A stretch of 64,000 bases of DNA from Gammaproteobacteria bacterium (GTDB taxonomy: Bacteria; Pseudomonadota; Gammaproteobacteria; JAADGQ01): assembly GCA_021648145.1 (NCBI GenBank), contig JAKITI010000002.1, forward strand, positions 135,888-199,887, written 5' to 3'. A model generated the notes under the pieces. The model made no database searches. It saw only the letters and a program-made list of their open reading frames with translations, and was not told the origin of the DNA. Position 1 is the first letter of the stretch. Every line of letters starts with the position of its first letter. The translations under genes were made by a program, and so were the position numbers. Positions 45,697 through 56,119 of the stretch are shown here, in pieces.

Positions 45697-46533
45697 ATGA
45701 AATTATGTGGTTTTAACGCGGGTCTAGAGCATCCCTTTTTTTTGATTGCTGGCCCTTGTGTAATAGAAAGTGAAAAGCTTGTTCTGGATATTGCAGAGCA
45801 GATGAAAATGTTGACGGATGAACTGGGCATACCCTATATATTCAAAGCATCATTTGATAAAGCGAACAGAACGTCCAGCAGCAGTTATCGTGGCCCTGGG
45901 CTTGAAGAGGGTTTGCGTATTCTTGAAAAAGTAAAGTCACAAGTCGGTGTGCCGGTTTTGACCGATGTACATGAAGATACGCCGTTAAGCGAAGTTTCTG
46001 ATGTTGTTGATGTTCTACAAACGCCTGCATTTTTATGCAGACAAACAAATTTTATTCAGAGTGTGGCTGAACAAAACTTACCAGTCAATATCAAAAAAGG
46101 CCAGTTTTTAGCGCCGTGGGACATGATCAATGTGGTCGATAAAGCCAGACAGACAGGAAATGAACAGATCATGGTTTGTGAGCGTGGAGTCTCTTTTGGC
46201 TACAACACACTGATTTCTGATATGCGCGGCTTAGCAGAGATGCGTAAAACAGGTTGCCCCGTAGTGTTTGATGCAACGCACTCTGTACAACAGCCCGGCG
46301 GGCAAGGCGGCAGCTCTGGGGGGCAGCGCGAGTTTGTTCCGGTGTTGGCCAGAGCGGCTATTGCCAGTGGTGTTTCAGGTATTTTTATGGAGACACATCC
46401 TGACCCTGAAAAAGCATTGAGTGATGGCCCAAATTCTTGGCCGCTGGCCGAAATGAGACCGTTGCTGGCTGTATTGAAACAGATTGATTTAACGGTAAAA
46501 GAAGCTGGCTTTGCGGAAGAAAATATCAAGTAA
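45697..46533 (+). CDS. kdsA: 3-deoxy-8-phosphooctulonate synthase
   Basis: [13 protein letters not shown]...[11 protein letters not shown]. Confidence 0.95.
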   Translation: MKLCGFNAGLEHPFFLIAGPCVIESEKLVLDIAEQMKMLTDELGIPYIFKASFDKANRTSSSSYRGPGLEEGLRILEKVKSQVGVPVLTDVHEDTPLSEVSDVVDVLQTPAFLCRQTNFIQSVAEQNLPVNIKKGQFLAPWDMINVVDKARQTGNEQIMVCERGVSFGYNTLISDMRGLAEMRKTGCPVVFDATHSVQQPGGQGGSSGGQREFVPVLARAAIASGVSGIFMETHPDPEKALSDGPNSWPLAEMRPLLAVLKQIDLTVKEAGFAEENIK

Positions 46534-46548
46534 GAGAATAGAGACCGC

Positions 46549-47688
46549 TCAATTTTGTTTGTTTAAACGTTTGGGGCGAATGCTTGCCATCATCTCTAGT
46601 TTGATCTTCTGATTTTTACGTATGACTTGAAGCGTGAGTTTATCTGTGGGATGGACTTCCGAAATCATGAGGATCGCACTGACTGGGTCGGTCACCTTTC
46701 GGCTTTGAATATGAGTGATAATATCACTTGGACGCAACCCTGCCTTATGTGCGGGGCCATTTCGAAAAATACCTGTCACAATAACACCTTCTGTATTGGG
46801 TGCATTAAATGATGAGGCAAGCTCAGGCGTGAGCGTTTGCAGCTCAATACCGATCCAGCCACGCAGTGCTTGTCCATATTGAATAATTTGTGCCATCACT
46901 TTATTAGCGATGCTCATAGGGATGGCAAATCCAATTCCTTGTGATCCACCCGATTTACTAAAAATAGCGGTATTGATACCAATCAGTTCACCATCAGGAT
47001 TGATCAGTGCGCCCCCTGAGTTCCCCGGGTTAATCGCGGCATCTGTCTGGATGAAGTTTTCGTAAATGCTAATGCCCAAGCGATTGCGCCCTGTGGCACT
47101 GATAATGCCTTGTGTGACCGTTTGACCAATTCCAAAAGGGTTGCCAATGGCGAGAACGACATCACCCACACGCAAGTGCTCTGCACGGCTGATTGTGATG
47201 CTGGGCAGCTCAGGCAGTTTGATATGTAGCACAGCAATATCAGTATCAGGATCAGTGCCGACTATGCTGGCCTGTGCTATGCGGCCATCGAGTAGTGCTA
47301 CCTGAATTTCACTGGCTCCTGCAATCACATGGTGATTTGTTAAAATATAACCATGCTTGCTGATAATAACGCCTGAACCAAGGCTGGATTCAAGACGTTT
47401 TCGAGGCACGATACTAAGGCGATCACCAAAAAATCGTTTTATAAATGGGTCTTCCAATAAGCGAGGTAATCGCTGCACGACAACTTTTTTTGTATAAATA
47501 TTAACAACGGCAGGTGTTGCGATTGAAACAGCATCCGCATAAGAGGTTGGCGCATTACTATAGCTTGGTTTTGGTGCTGTGGGTTGCAGTGTGGTTTTGA
47601 ACTGAATAAATAATATAATAAAAAGCGCGACAGCAAGCCCGATCACTATGGCTTGAAAAATGAAAAAAAATGTTTTCTTAGAGGGCAT
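46549..47688 (-). CDS. degS: periplasmic serine endoprotease, DegS/AlgW type (S1C, single PDZ)
   Basis: N-terminal TM anchor; HHV (His), GNSGGAL (Ser); one C-terminal PDZ. Start assigned to MPSKK. Confidence 0.8.
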   Translation of the reverse strand: MPSKKTFFFIFQAIVIGLAVALFIILFIQFKTTLQPTAPKPSYSNAPTSYADAVSIATPAVVNIYTKKVVVQRLPRLLEDPFIKRFFGDRLSIVPRKRLESSLGSGVIISKHGYILTNHHVIAGASEIQVALLDGRIAQASIVGTDPDTDIAVLHIKLPELPSITISRAEHLRVGDVVLAIGNPFGIGQTVTQGIISATGRNRLGISIYENFIQTDAAINPGNSGGALINPDGELIGINTAIFSKSGGSQGIGFAIPMSIANKVMAQIIQYGQALRGWIGIELQTLTPELASSFNAPNTEGVIVTGIFRNGPAHKAGLRPSDIITHIQSRKVTDPVSAILMISEVHPTDKLTLQVIRKNQKIKLEMMASIRPKRLNKQN

Positions 47689-47712
47689 AATGAGTTTTTT
47701 TATAAATTGAAC

Positions 47713-48483
47713 ATGGGGCGAACGACTGAAATGGTGCAATTAAACGAGTTAATTTCCTATGTTGATACATTGCTTGATGTTGAAAATTTCCATGATTATG
47801 CGCCGAATGGCTTGCAAGTGGAAGGGGGAAGGCAGGTATCAAAATTAGTCTCAGGTGTGACGGCAAGTATGGAATTATTAGAGGCTGCAATCAAACACGG
47901 CGCTGATACTGTTTTGGTGCATCACGGCTACTTTTGGAAAGGTGAAAACCCATGTGTGACGGGTATGAAAAAGCGCCGCTTAGAGTGTTTGTTAAAAAAC
48001 AATATAAATTTGTTGGCTTACCATTTGCCATTAGATGCGCATCCCGTTTATGGAAATAATGCTCAGTTGGGGAATATGTTTGGGTCAAGTGTTGAAGGTC
48101 GGTTTGCTTCAAGCAACAAACTTGGCATGTATGGCACGTTACAAAAACCGTTATCAGGAGTGGTGTTTGCGGATCATTTGGCAAAAGTATTGGATCGTCA
48201 GCCATTGCATATTATGGGGAATAATCGGCCAATTCATCGTATCGCATGGTGCAGCGGTGGGGCGCAATCCTATTTTGAAGAGGCGATTGCATTGGGTGTG
48301 GATGCTTATGTCAGCGGGGAAATTTCAGAGCATACAACGCATATGGCGAAAGAGTGTGGCGTGCATTACTTTGCTGCGGGTCATCATGCGACAGAGCGTT
48401 ATGGTGTCAAAGTTTTAGGGGAGCATTTAGCGAATAAGTATGGCATTGAGCATACTTTTATTGATATTGACAATCCAGTGTGA
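47713..48483 (+). CDS. ybgI: Nif3-family dinuclear metal-centre protein (YbgI/GTP cyclohydrolase 1 type 2 homologue)
   Basis: Collinear with E. coli YbgI (DYAPNGLQVEG...VLVHHGYFWKGE...LPLDAHP...AAGHHATE). The alternative start MVQL at 47731 is equally plausible. Confidence 0.85.
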   Translation: MGRTTEMVQLNELISYVDTLLDVENFHDYAPNGLQVEGGRQVSKLVSGVTASMELLEAAIKHGADTVLVHHGYFWKGENPCVTGMKKRRLECLLKNNINLLAYHLPLDAHPVYGNNAQLGNMFGSSVEGRFASSNKLGMYGTLQKPLSGVVFADHLAKVLDRQPLHIMGNNRPIHRIAWCSGGAQSYFEEAIALGVDAYVSGEISEHTTHMAKECGVHYFAAGHHATERYGVKVLGEHLANKYGIEHTFIDIDNPV

Positions 48484-48502
48484 GTTTTTCTATTTAAGCC
48501 AT

Positions 48503-48536
48503 AAAAAAAGCCACTCAATCAATGAGTGGCTTTTTT
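48503..48536. terminator. bidirectional rho-independent terminator shared by ybgI(+) and glnA(-)
   Basis: AAAAAAAGCCACTCAatcaaTGAGTGGCTTTTTT. Confidence 0.7.
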
Positions 48537-48551
48537 GTGAGCTTAATAAAC

Positions 48552-49964
48552 TTACAGACTGTAGTACATATCAAACTCAGCAGGATGAGTTGTCATACGC
48601 AGGCGTGTGACTTCTTCCATTTTCAGAGCGATATAGCCATCAAGCATATCGTCAGTGAATACGCCGCCAGCAGTCAGGAAACCACGATCTGCATCGAGAG
48701 CTTCTAAAGCTTGATCCAATGAGTGACATACTGTTGGAATACCTTTCAACTCTTCAGGCGGCAGGTCGTACAGGTCTTTGTCTGAAGCTTCACCTGGGTG
48801 AATCTTGTTTTGAACTCCATCCAGGCCGGCTAGCATCAGTGCAGAGAATGCTAAGTATGGATTGGCTGTTGGATCAGGAAAGCGAACTTCAACGCGACGG
48901 CCGCGTGGGTTTGCAACAAAAGGAATGCGGATAGATGCCGAGCGATTACGGGCAGAGTAAGCCAGTAATACCGGAGCTTCAAAGCCAGGAACCAAACGTT
49001 TGTATGAGTTGGTTGAGGCGTTGGTCAGTGCATTCAGTGCGCGAGCATGCTTGATGATGCCGCCGATATAGTGGAGCGCTGTTTCAGACAGACCACCGTA
49101 CAAGTCACCCGCAAACAGGTTGTTTCCATCTTTTGCCAAAGACATATGTACGTGCATACCTGAGCCGTTGTCACCCACGATTGGTTTAGGCATAAATGTC
49201 GCTGTTTTGCCATAAGCGTGGGCAACATTTTGAACAACATATTTTAGAATTTGGTTCTGGTCAGCACGCTTGGTCAGTGTGTTGAATTTAGTGCCAATTT
49301 CACATTGACCTGCTGTAGCAACTTCATGATGGTGTACTTCAACTTCAACACCCATCTCTTCCATAGCCAGGCACATGGCAGAACGCATGTCGTGAAGGCT
49401 ATCAACAGGAGGGACTGGAAAGTAACCACCTTTAACACCGGGGCGATGCCCCATATTGCCGCCTTCGAATACTTTTTCAGAGTTCCAGCTCGCTTCTTCT
49501 GAATCAATCTTTACGAAAGTGCCGCTCATATCAGCACCCCAGCGAACGTCATCAAGGATGAAGAATTCGGGCTCAGGGCCAAAAAAAGCGGTGTCAGCGA
49601 TGCCGGTAGACTTCAAATAAGCTTCAGCACGTTTGGCAACAGAGCGTGGATCACGTTCGTAACCTTGCATCGTATTAGGCTCAAGGATATCGCAGCGCAA
49701 AATCAAAGTGGTTTCGTCAGAAAAAGGGTCTAAAATGGCTGTGCTCGCATCAGGCATCATGACCATGTCAGATTCGTTAATACCTTTCCAGCCAGAGATG
49801 GAAGAGCCATCAAACATGCGACCATCTTTGAAGTCATCTTCTTCAATTGTGTGAGCAGGAAAAGAGATGTGTTGCTCTTTACCTAGAGTGTCGGTAAAGC
49901 GAAAATCGACAAATTTAACACTTTGTTCTTTAATGATCTTTAATACTGAATCTGACATTTGCAT
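48552..49964 (-). CDS. glnA: glutamine synthetase type I
   Basis: 470 aa with GSI signatures, including the adenylylation-site region NLYDLP. Confidence 0.97.
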   Translation of the reverse strand: MQMSDSVLKIIKEQSVKFVDFRFTDTLGKEQHISFPAHTIEEDDFKDGRMFDGSSISGWKGINESDMVMMPDASTAILDPFSDETTLILRCDILEPNTMQGYERDPRSVAKRAEAYLKSTGIADTAFFGPEPEFFILDDVRWGADMSGTFVKIDSEEASWNSEKVFEGGNMGHRPGVKGGYFPVPPVDSLHDMRSAMCLAMEEMGVEVEVHHHEVATAGQCEIGTKFNTLTKRADQNQILKYVVQNVAHAYGKTATFMPKPIVGDNGSGMHVHMSLAKDGNNLFAGDLYGGLSETALHYIGGIIKHARALNALTNASTNSYKRLVPGFEAPVLLAYSARNRSASIRIPFVANPRGRRVEVRFPDPTANPYLAFSALMLAGLDGVQNKIHPGEASDKDLYDLPPEELKGIPTVCHSLDQALEALDADRGFLTAGGVFTDDMLDGYIALKMEEVTRLRMTTHPAEFDMYYSL

Positions 49965-50023
49965 TCTCCAAACGAATGTTTTTTTAGAGTTTAAGTAAAA
50001 AATATTGTTTTATTCTAGAGTAG

Positions 50024-50257
50024 TCATACCAGCGTGCCTACTTCAACAGTAATTGTCATCTCTTCTTCAGTTGATGAAATGTCAATCACCTTATGGCCAT
50101 TGATTCGGCACCAGGCCGGAATATCGTGCTCCGCACCAGGGTCGGTGCAGATTACCGCTAAGGTGTCACCTTTTGCAAGGTTTTTAATAGAATTTTGTGT
50201 GCGAATCACAGGCATAGGGCATAATAAACGACGTGCATCAAGTGTATGATGGCTCAT
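50024..50257 (-). CDS. tusA: TusA-family sulfur carrier protein
   Basis: LDARRLLCPMPVIRT (CPxP active site); ATG overlaps the upstream gene's TGA (ATGA). Confidence 0.75.
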   Translation of the reverse strand: MSHHTLDARRLLCPMPVIRTQNSIKNLAKGDTLAVICTDPGAEHDIPAWCRINGHKVIDISSTEEEMTITVEVGTLV

Positions 50258-51297
50258 ATATACCACTCCTTACGTATTAATTTTTCAGGCATGGGAGTGA
50301 CTGTTATTTCACTGAAATTGCCTGTTTTATCAGTAATTATAACGTTGACTGTATCAAGGTTTCGACCTTGGCTGTAGCGAGCGGTAATTTGAGCTGCAAG
50401 TTCTAAGTCACTCTCACTGGTTTGGCCATCAAGCAATACCATGGGGCCAGCATGACCATTGACCTGTAAATGAGTAAACATTTTGCGGTAACCCTGCATA
50501 AATTTATTCTCCCCTTCTTCGCGACCAATAATTAATTTAAAGTTAGGGCGAGGGCGCAAGTGACGACCTATTTTAAGCAGCATGATGTCATCCAGCTCAT
50601 AGGTGCGTTCGCCACGGAATTTCCATAAATCAGCCAATTTTGATGAGTAGTGTTCATCGGTTAAGAAACAGCAGCCACCTGCTGGTTGTGCATACTCTTC
50701 AAAACCAAATTGAGCCGCAAGCGCCATCTGTGGTTTGCGAGAGCGACCACTGAAATCGTACAGCTCTTTTCTGTTAACCCAGCCTTCATGTTCAGGCAAT
50801 GTTTCTGGTAGTAATTTGGCGCAGAGTGGGCGAAGTAAAAGGTCATCAATGCCGGAGTCTCGTGAAATAATTGGCATAGTCTCCTTGCGCTGTGATTTTG
50901 GACGTTGCCCTATGACCTCCCCTGTAATAATGAAATCAAAGTTATTTTCTTTCATCCAGTCACGTGCCTTGTTAACCATAAAAATTTTACAATCAAGGCA
51001 AGGGTTCAGGTTGGCTCCATACCCATATTGAGGGTTAATAACCACATCTTTATACTCTTCTGAAATATCGAGAATGTGAAGTTTAATGCCGAGTTTTTCA
51101 GCGACCCACAATGAATTATTGCGTTTGACCTTTTTCTGGTCTTTCTTGCGAATAGCATGAGTATGCCCTTCAACACAAAAGCCTGTAAAAAAGTTAATGC
51201 CTTCAACGTGTATACCCTGATCCTGAGTGACTTTTGCGGCAAGAAGAGAATCCAGGCCACCAGAAATTAATGCGACTGCTTTACGCTGTTTATTCAT
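50254..51297 (-). CDS. PP-loop ATP pyrophosphatase family protein (MnmA/ThiI-like tRNA thiolation-type enzyme)
   Basis: AVALISGGLDSLLAAKV (SGGxDS PP-loop); NPCLDCKIF resembles the MnmA catalytic NPDILCN region; an additional CC pair. Translationally coupled to tusA. Confidence 0.6.
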   Translation of the reverse strand: MNKQRKAVALISGGLDSLLAAKVTQDQGIHVEGINFFTGFCVEGHTHAIRKKDQKKVKRNNSLWVAEKLGIKLHILDISEEYKDVVINPQYGYGANLNPCLDCKIFMVNKARDWMKENNFDFIITGEVIGQRPKSQRKETMPIISRDSGIDDLLLRPLCAKLLPETLPEHEGWVNRKELYDFSGRSRKPQMALAAQFGFEEYAQPAGGCCFLTDEHYSSKLADLWKFRGERTYELDDIMLLKIGRHLRPRPNFKLIIGREEGENKFMQGYRKMFTHLQVNGHAGPMVLLDGQTSESDLELAAQITARYSQGRNLDTVNVIITDKTGNFSEITVTPMPEKLIRKEWYI

Positions 51298-51507
51298 ATG
51301 TTTTGAAGCTGGTTTGTAAACATGTGTTGTGAATGGTATCGTACCTTTTGGGAATTATAATGCAATCTGCAACATTACGCATGCGTGTATTATCAAAGGC
51401 ATGCAAAAAATTGGTTTTGTGGGTGTCTGGCGGTTATCTCATCTTACGAATACAATCATTTTTAGTGAACACTCCTCAGTCTGTATATCAAGCAAGGTCT
51501 AAATTTA

Positions 51508-52485
51508 GTGAATTTTATGTGGTTTAAAAATTTACAAATAGATCGTTATTCAATTTTGTATTTACTCATTTTTAGCTGTATTCCCAGCAGTGCATTTGCA
51601 GCGATGGGGGTGGATTATTCGATACGTTATCAGGCTGGGTATCAGCTAGACCAGCTAGATTGGAATATTTCTGGAAGTATAGATGGTTTGGGTTCACCTA
51701 ATATACTATCTGAGCTACGCTGGGAGAATCTAGATGTTTTTTATGCCGGTGTGGGTGGGAAGTTATTACTTGATAATACGTTGTATATTCGTGGACAGTT
51801 AGCTCGGGGTAACATTACATCAGGGAAAAATCAGGATTCTGATTATTGTAATGATAATCGTACGGGGGAGTTTTCACGCAGTAATAATCAATCACGAGGC
51901 TATTTGGATAATAGTATGTTTGGTGTAGGTGTTTTGTTTGATGGTTTATTAAGTCGTAATATCTTTCTGATCCCTCAAATTGGTTTTTCACGTTATCGTC
52001 AGTATTTAACTATTTTTGATGGACAGCAAACAGCTTCAGAAACTTGTCCATCATTAGGTGTAAACCAAAAGCCAGCAGGAGTGCTTGATGGTCTTGATAG
52101 TAGTTATGAGGCGCTTTGGGAGGGGCAATGGATCGGTGTAGAGTTGTGGTGGGAGCTCAATGCAAAACATGCTTTACTGTATAATGTTGAATATCATCAA
52201 GTGGACTATACAGCCAAGGCTCAATGGAATTTACGTCAGGATTTTGCTCAACCCGTGAGTTTTCGTCACAGCGGTAATGGTATTGGCAGCCTCTTTTCAT
52301 TGACATGGGAATACTGGATGACACCTTATCAAATTGTTTTTGTTGAAGCGCAGTATCAGGCGTGGAATGTCACTAATGGTCTCGATACGGTCTATTTTAG
52401 CAATGGCCAAAAAGCAAGCACACGTTTGAATGAAGTGAACCGCTATTCAAGCAGGATCAGTGTGGGGCTGGAATTTCTGTTTTAA
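51508..52485 (+). CDS. outer-membrane beta-barrel protein of unknown family
   Basis: Signal peptide ...LLIFSCIPSSAFAAMG; alternating amphipathic strands; C-terminal ...SVGLEFLF (terminal Phe). Confidence 0.55.
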   Translation: MNFMWFKNLQIDRYSILYLLIFSCIPSSAFAAMGVDYSIRYQAGYQLDQLDWNISGSIDGLGSPNILSELRWENLDVFYAGVGGKLLLDNTLYIRGQLARGNITSGKNQDSDYCNDNRTGEFSRSNNQSRGYLDNSMFGVGVLFDGLLSRNIFLIPQIGFSRYRQYLTIFDGQQTASETCPSLGVNQKPAGVLDGLDSSYEALWEGQWIGVELWWELNAKHALLYNVEYHQVDYTAKAQWNLRQDFAQPVSFRHSGNGIGSLFSLTWEYWMTPYQIVFVEAQYQAWNVTNGLDTVYFSNGQKASTRLNEVNRYSSRISVGLEFLF

Positions 52486-52545
52486 CCTATCTGTTTCTCG
52501 CGTTATACTCGTGCGCTTTTATTGGTATGTAACGGAAGGTTTGAT

Positions 52546-53484
52546 TTGAACGAAGATCACCCTGAGCAAAATGGGTCAAGCAGCGTCATTACATTTCAGG
52601 GCTTGATTCTGAAACTTCAGCAATTTTGGGCAGAGCAAGGCTGTGCCGTGTTGCAACCTTATGATATGGAGGTCGGCGCGGGCACGTTCCATCCAGCGAC
52701 CTTTTTACGATCGATAGGCCCTGAGCCTTGGCGCGCTGCTTATGTGCAGCCATCACGTCGTCCCACTGATGGTCGTTATGGCGAAAATCCAAATCGCCTT
52801 CAGCATTATTATCAATTTCAGGTCATTCTTAAGCCATCTCCCGATAATATTCAGGAGCTCTACCTGGAGTCTCTGGAAATGTTGGGTATTGATCCATTGG
52901 TTCACGATATTCGTTTTGTCGAGGATAACTGGGAGTCACCGACATTGGGTGCTTGGGGGCTGGGCTGGGAAGTCTGGTTGAATGGCATGGAAGTGACTCA
53001 GTTTACCTATTTTCAACAAGTGGGTGGTTTGGAGTGTCGTCCTGTCACGGGTGAAATCACTTACGGTCTGGAGCGCATTGCGATGTATCTGCAAGGCGTT
53101 AAAAGTGTTTATGATCTTGTCTGGAATGATGCGCAGGGCAAAGCAGGGCAAACCATTACTTATGGCGACGTGTTTCATCAAAATGAAGTTGAGATGTCGA
53201 CTTATAACTTTGAACATGCCGATACGAAAGATCTGTTCCATGCTTTTGATTGCTCTGAAAAAGAGAGTAAAAAACTGATTGAAGCCGGTTTGCCTCTGCC
53301 CGCTTACGAAATGGTGTTGAAAGCCTCTCATACCTTTAACTTGCTGGATGCACGTCATGCCATCAGTGTCACCGAACGTGCACGGTTTATTGGCCGAGTG
53401 CGCACTCTCTCTCGGGCTGTCGCTGAAGCTTATTATAAAAGCCGAGAAGCGTTGAATTTTCCAATGCTGAAGGAGGATAAATAA
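52546..53484 (+). CDS. glyQ: glycine--tRNA ligase alpha subunit
   Basis: Nearly collinear with E. coli GlyQ from [10 protein letters not shown] onward. Start set at TTG 52546 with SD GGAAGG; the ORF track starts at TTG 52522. Confidence 0.92.
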   Translation: MNEDHPEQNGSSSVITFQGLILKLQQFWAEQGCAVLQPYDMEVGAGTFHPATFLRSIGPEPWRAAYVQPSRRPTDGRYGENPNRLQHYYQFQVILKPSPDNIQELYLESLEMLGIDPLVHDIRFVEDNWESPTLGAWGLGWEVWLNGMEVTQFTYFQQVGGLECRPVTGEITYGLERIAMYLQGVKSVYDLVWNDAQGKAGQTITYGDVFHQNEVEMSTYNFEHADTKDLFHAFDCSEKESKKLIEAGLPLPAYEMVLKASHTFNLLDARHAISVTERARFIGRVRTLSRAVAEAYYKSREALNFPMLKEDK

Positions 53485-55566
53485 GTGTCGGACAAATGTG
53501 ATCTACTGTTTGAGATTGGTACGGAAGAGCTTCCTCCTAAGGCTTTGAAAAAGCTAAGTGAGGCACTTGGCTCGGGTATTACGGATGGTTTGAAAAAAGC
53601 TGAGTTGGTATTTGGTGGGGTGGACTTGTATGCGTCACCACGTCGTTTAGCGGTGAAGATTAAAGATTTAGCAAGCTCTCAAGCGAATCAAGTACAGGAG
53701 CGGCGTGGCCCGGCACTGGTGGCTGCATTCGATGAAGATGGAAACCCAACATCCGCAGTGAAAGGTTTTGCACGTTCGTGTGGTATTGAACCGAGTGATT
53801 TGGAGCGCCTGGAAACGCCAAAAGGGACTTGGCTCGTTTTCCGCTCAACTAAAACCGGACAACAAACAAAAGAGCTGCTGCCCGCTATTATTACAAAAGC
53901 ATTGGCAGGTCTGCCCATCCCAAAACGCATGCGTTGGGGTAGTTCAGATGTTGAGTTTGTTCGTCCTGTGCACTGGGTTGTTTTATTGTTAGATGATGAA
54001 GTTGTGCCATGCCAAATATTAGGTGTGAATAGTGGGCGTGAAACTTATGGTCATCGCTTCCACTGTCCGCAGCGGTTATCCATAGAGAGTCCGGCCGCTT
54101 ATCTTGATCTATTGAAAGATCAAGGAAAAGTGATTGCAGACTATTCGTTGCGACGCAAAATGGTGCGTGATCAAGCCATCAAAGCGGCAAAAGCAGTGGG
54201 TGGTGAGGCGTTTATTGATGATGGTTTATTGGATGAGGTGACCGCTTTGGTTGAGTGGCCTGTTGCTGTGTGTGGCCAGTTTGATACAGATTTTCTGGAT
54301 GTGCCTGCTGAAGCGCTGATTTCCAGTATGCAGGGTCATCAAAAATACTTTCCAGTCAAAGATACTTCGGGTCAGTTACTGCCCTATTTTGTAACGATCT
54401 CCAATATTGATAGCAAAGATCCGAGCAAAGTCAAAGAAGGTAACGAGCGGGTGATTCGTCCTCGTTTAGCGGATGCCGCTTTTTTCTGGAATCAAGACCG
54501 TAAACAGCCTCTTGAAGCATACAGCTCAATGCTCGATTCGGTGGTATTTCAGGCCAAACTAGGGAGTCTGCGAGAGAAGGTTCAGCGAGTATCTGTATTA
54601 GCAAAAACCATTGCAGCTGATTTGGGGGCTGATGTTAAGCACGCAGGGCGCGCCGCACTATTATCAAAAAATGATTTGATGACCGAGATGGTTGGAGAGT
54701 TCCCTGATCTCCAAGGTGTGATGGGGCGTTACTATGCTCTACATGATGGTGAGCCAGAAGGGGTGGCGTTGGCATTAGATGAGCAATATATGCCCCGTTT
54801 TGCTGGGGATCAATTGCCGAGTCAGCCAATTGCACAAGCTCTGGCGATTGCAGATAAACTGGATACTCTGGTTGGGATTTTTGCGGTGGGCTTGATACCC
54901 ACGGGTGATAAAGACCCTTTTGCCTTGCGCCGTGCCGCATTAGGTGTTTTACGAACCGTGATTGAGCAAAAGCTTGAGCTTGATTTGGTTAAACTGCTGG
55001 ATTTGGCTATCGAGTCCACTAAAGAAAAAGTGGGTGATTTAAAGGCCGATTTATCATCACAAATTTATGATTTTATGATGGAGCGGCTGCGTACGTATTA
55101 TCATGAAAAAGGAGTTTCTGCTGACTTGTTTGATGCCGTATTAGCGCGTCGCCCACCATCCCCCTTAGATTTTGATCGACGCATTACTGCGATATTGGCT
55201 TTTCGGCAACTGCCTGAAGCTTCGAGTCTGGCGGCTGCGAATAAACGCATTCGTAATATTCTTAAAAAATCTGACGGAAACATTCCGAGTGCGGTGAATC
55301 ATGAAATTTTAGTCGAACCGGCTGAGAAAGCATTAGCCGAGGCCGTGAATGCATTATCAAAAACAGTATCGAAGTTACTGGATGCAGGTAATTACAATGA
55401 GGCAATGACTCATCTCGCGGGATTACGAACACCCGTCGATTCATTTTTCGATACAGTGATGGTCATGACGGATGATATCCAGCTACGCAATAATCGCCTG
55501 GCGCTTTTGAACCAGATGAATACTCTATTTTTACGCGTGGCCGATTTGTCACGATTACAGGGTTAA
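53485..55566 (+). CDS. glyS: glycine--tRNA ligase beta subunit
   Basis: 693 aa; begins at the glyQ stop; MSDKCDLLFEIGTEELPPKAL. Confidence 0.95.
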   Translation: MSDKCDLLFEIGTEELPPKALKKLSEALGSGITDGLKKAELVFGGVDLYASPRRLAVKIKDLASSQANQVQERRGPALVAAFDEDGNPTSAVKGFARSCGIEPSDLERLETPKGTWLVFRSTKTGQQTKELLPAIITKALAGLPIPKRMRWGSSDVEFVRPVHWVVLLLDDEVVPCQILGVNSGRETYGHRFHCPQRLSIESPAAYLDLLKDQGKVIADYSLRRKMVRDQAIKAAKAVGGEAFIDDGLLDEVTALVEWPVAVCGQFDTDFLDVPAEALISSMQGHQKYFPVKDTSGQLLPYFVTISNIDSKDPSKVKEGNERVIRPRLADAAFFWNQDRKQPLEAYSSMLDSVVFQAKLGSLREKVQRVSVLAKTIAADLGADVKHAGRAALLSKNDLMTEMVGEFPDLQGVMGRYYALHDGEPEGVALALDEQYMPRFAGDQLPSQPIAQALAIADKLDTLVGIFAVGLIPTGDKDPFALRRAALGVLRTVIEQKLELDLVKLLDLAIESTKEKVGDLKADLSSQIYDFMMERLRTYYHEKGVSADLFDAVLARRPPSPLDFDRRITAILAFRQLPEASSLAAANKRIRNILKKSDGNIPSAVNHEILVEPAEKALAEAVNALSKTVSKLLDAGNYNEAMTHLAGLRTPVDSFFDTVMVMTDDIQLRNNRLALLNQMNTLFLRVADLSRLQG

Positions 55567-55570
55567 TCTG

Positions 55571-56116
55571 ATGCGCTTAGTTATATTAGATCGTGACGGT
55601 GTTATTAATGAAAATTCTGACGAACTTATCAAATCACCTGATGAATGGGTCGCTCTACCGGGCAGTCTGGAAGCTATTGTACGTTTGAATCGTCACGGTT
55701 ATTACGTGGCGGTTGCAACAAATCAATCAGGTCTGGCGCATGGCCTGTTTGACCTTGATGCTTTGAATCTGATGCATGACAAAATGCGACAGGAATTGGC
55801 TGATATTGGTGGCTATATTGATATGATTTCTTTTTGCCCTCATAGCTCTGATGATGACTGTGAGTGTCGCAAGCCCAAGCCAGGAATGATCAGGAAAATT
55901 GTCTCTCGTCTTGGTGTGGATTTTCAGGCGATATGGCTGGTCGGTGATTCTTTGCGTGACTTGCAAGCTGCGCAGGCTGTTGGAATTGCACCCATTTTAG
56001 TTCGCACGGGTAAAGGAGAAACAACATTGGAAAAAGATGAAGGGTTGGAAGGAATTCCTGTTTATGATGATTTGGCTGCCGTTGTTGATGTGTTGTTAAA
56101 TGGTGAGGCGGTTTAG
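55571..56116 (+). CDS. gmhB: D-glycero-beta-D-manno-heptose-1,7-bisphosphate 7-phosphatase (HAD)
   Basis: LDRDGVIN (DxDGT/V motif), CxC...C zinc motif; conserved glyS-gmhB order. Confidence 0.88.
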   Translation: MRLVILDRDGVINENSDELIKSPDEWVALPGSLEAIVRLNRHGYYVAVATNQSGLAHGLFDLDALNLMHDKMRQELADIGGYIDMISFCPHSSDDDCECRKPKPGMIRKIVSRLGVDFQAIWLVGDSLRDLQAAQAVGIAPILVRTGKGETTLEKDEGLEGIPVYDDLAAVVDVLLNGEAV

Positions 56117-56119
56117 CTC

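Noticed and set aside
49965-50060. Possible sigma-54 promoter (GGCACG-N4-TATGA) upstream of glnA inside the tusA 3' end
   Set aside because: The -12 element lacks the conserved GC dinucleotide, so it is not convincing by eye.
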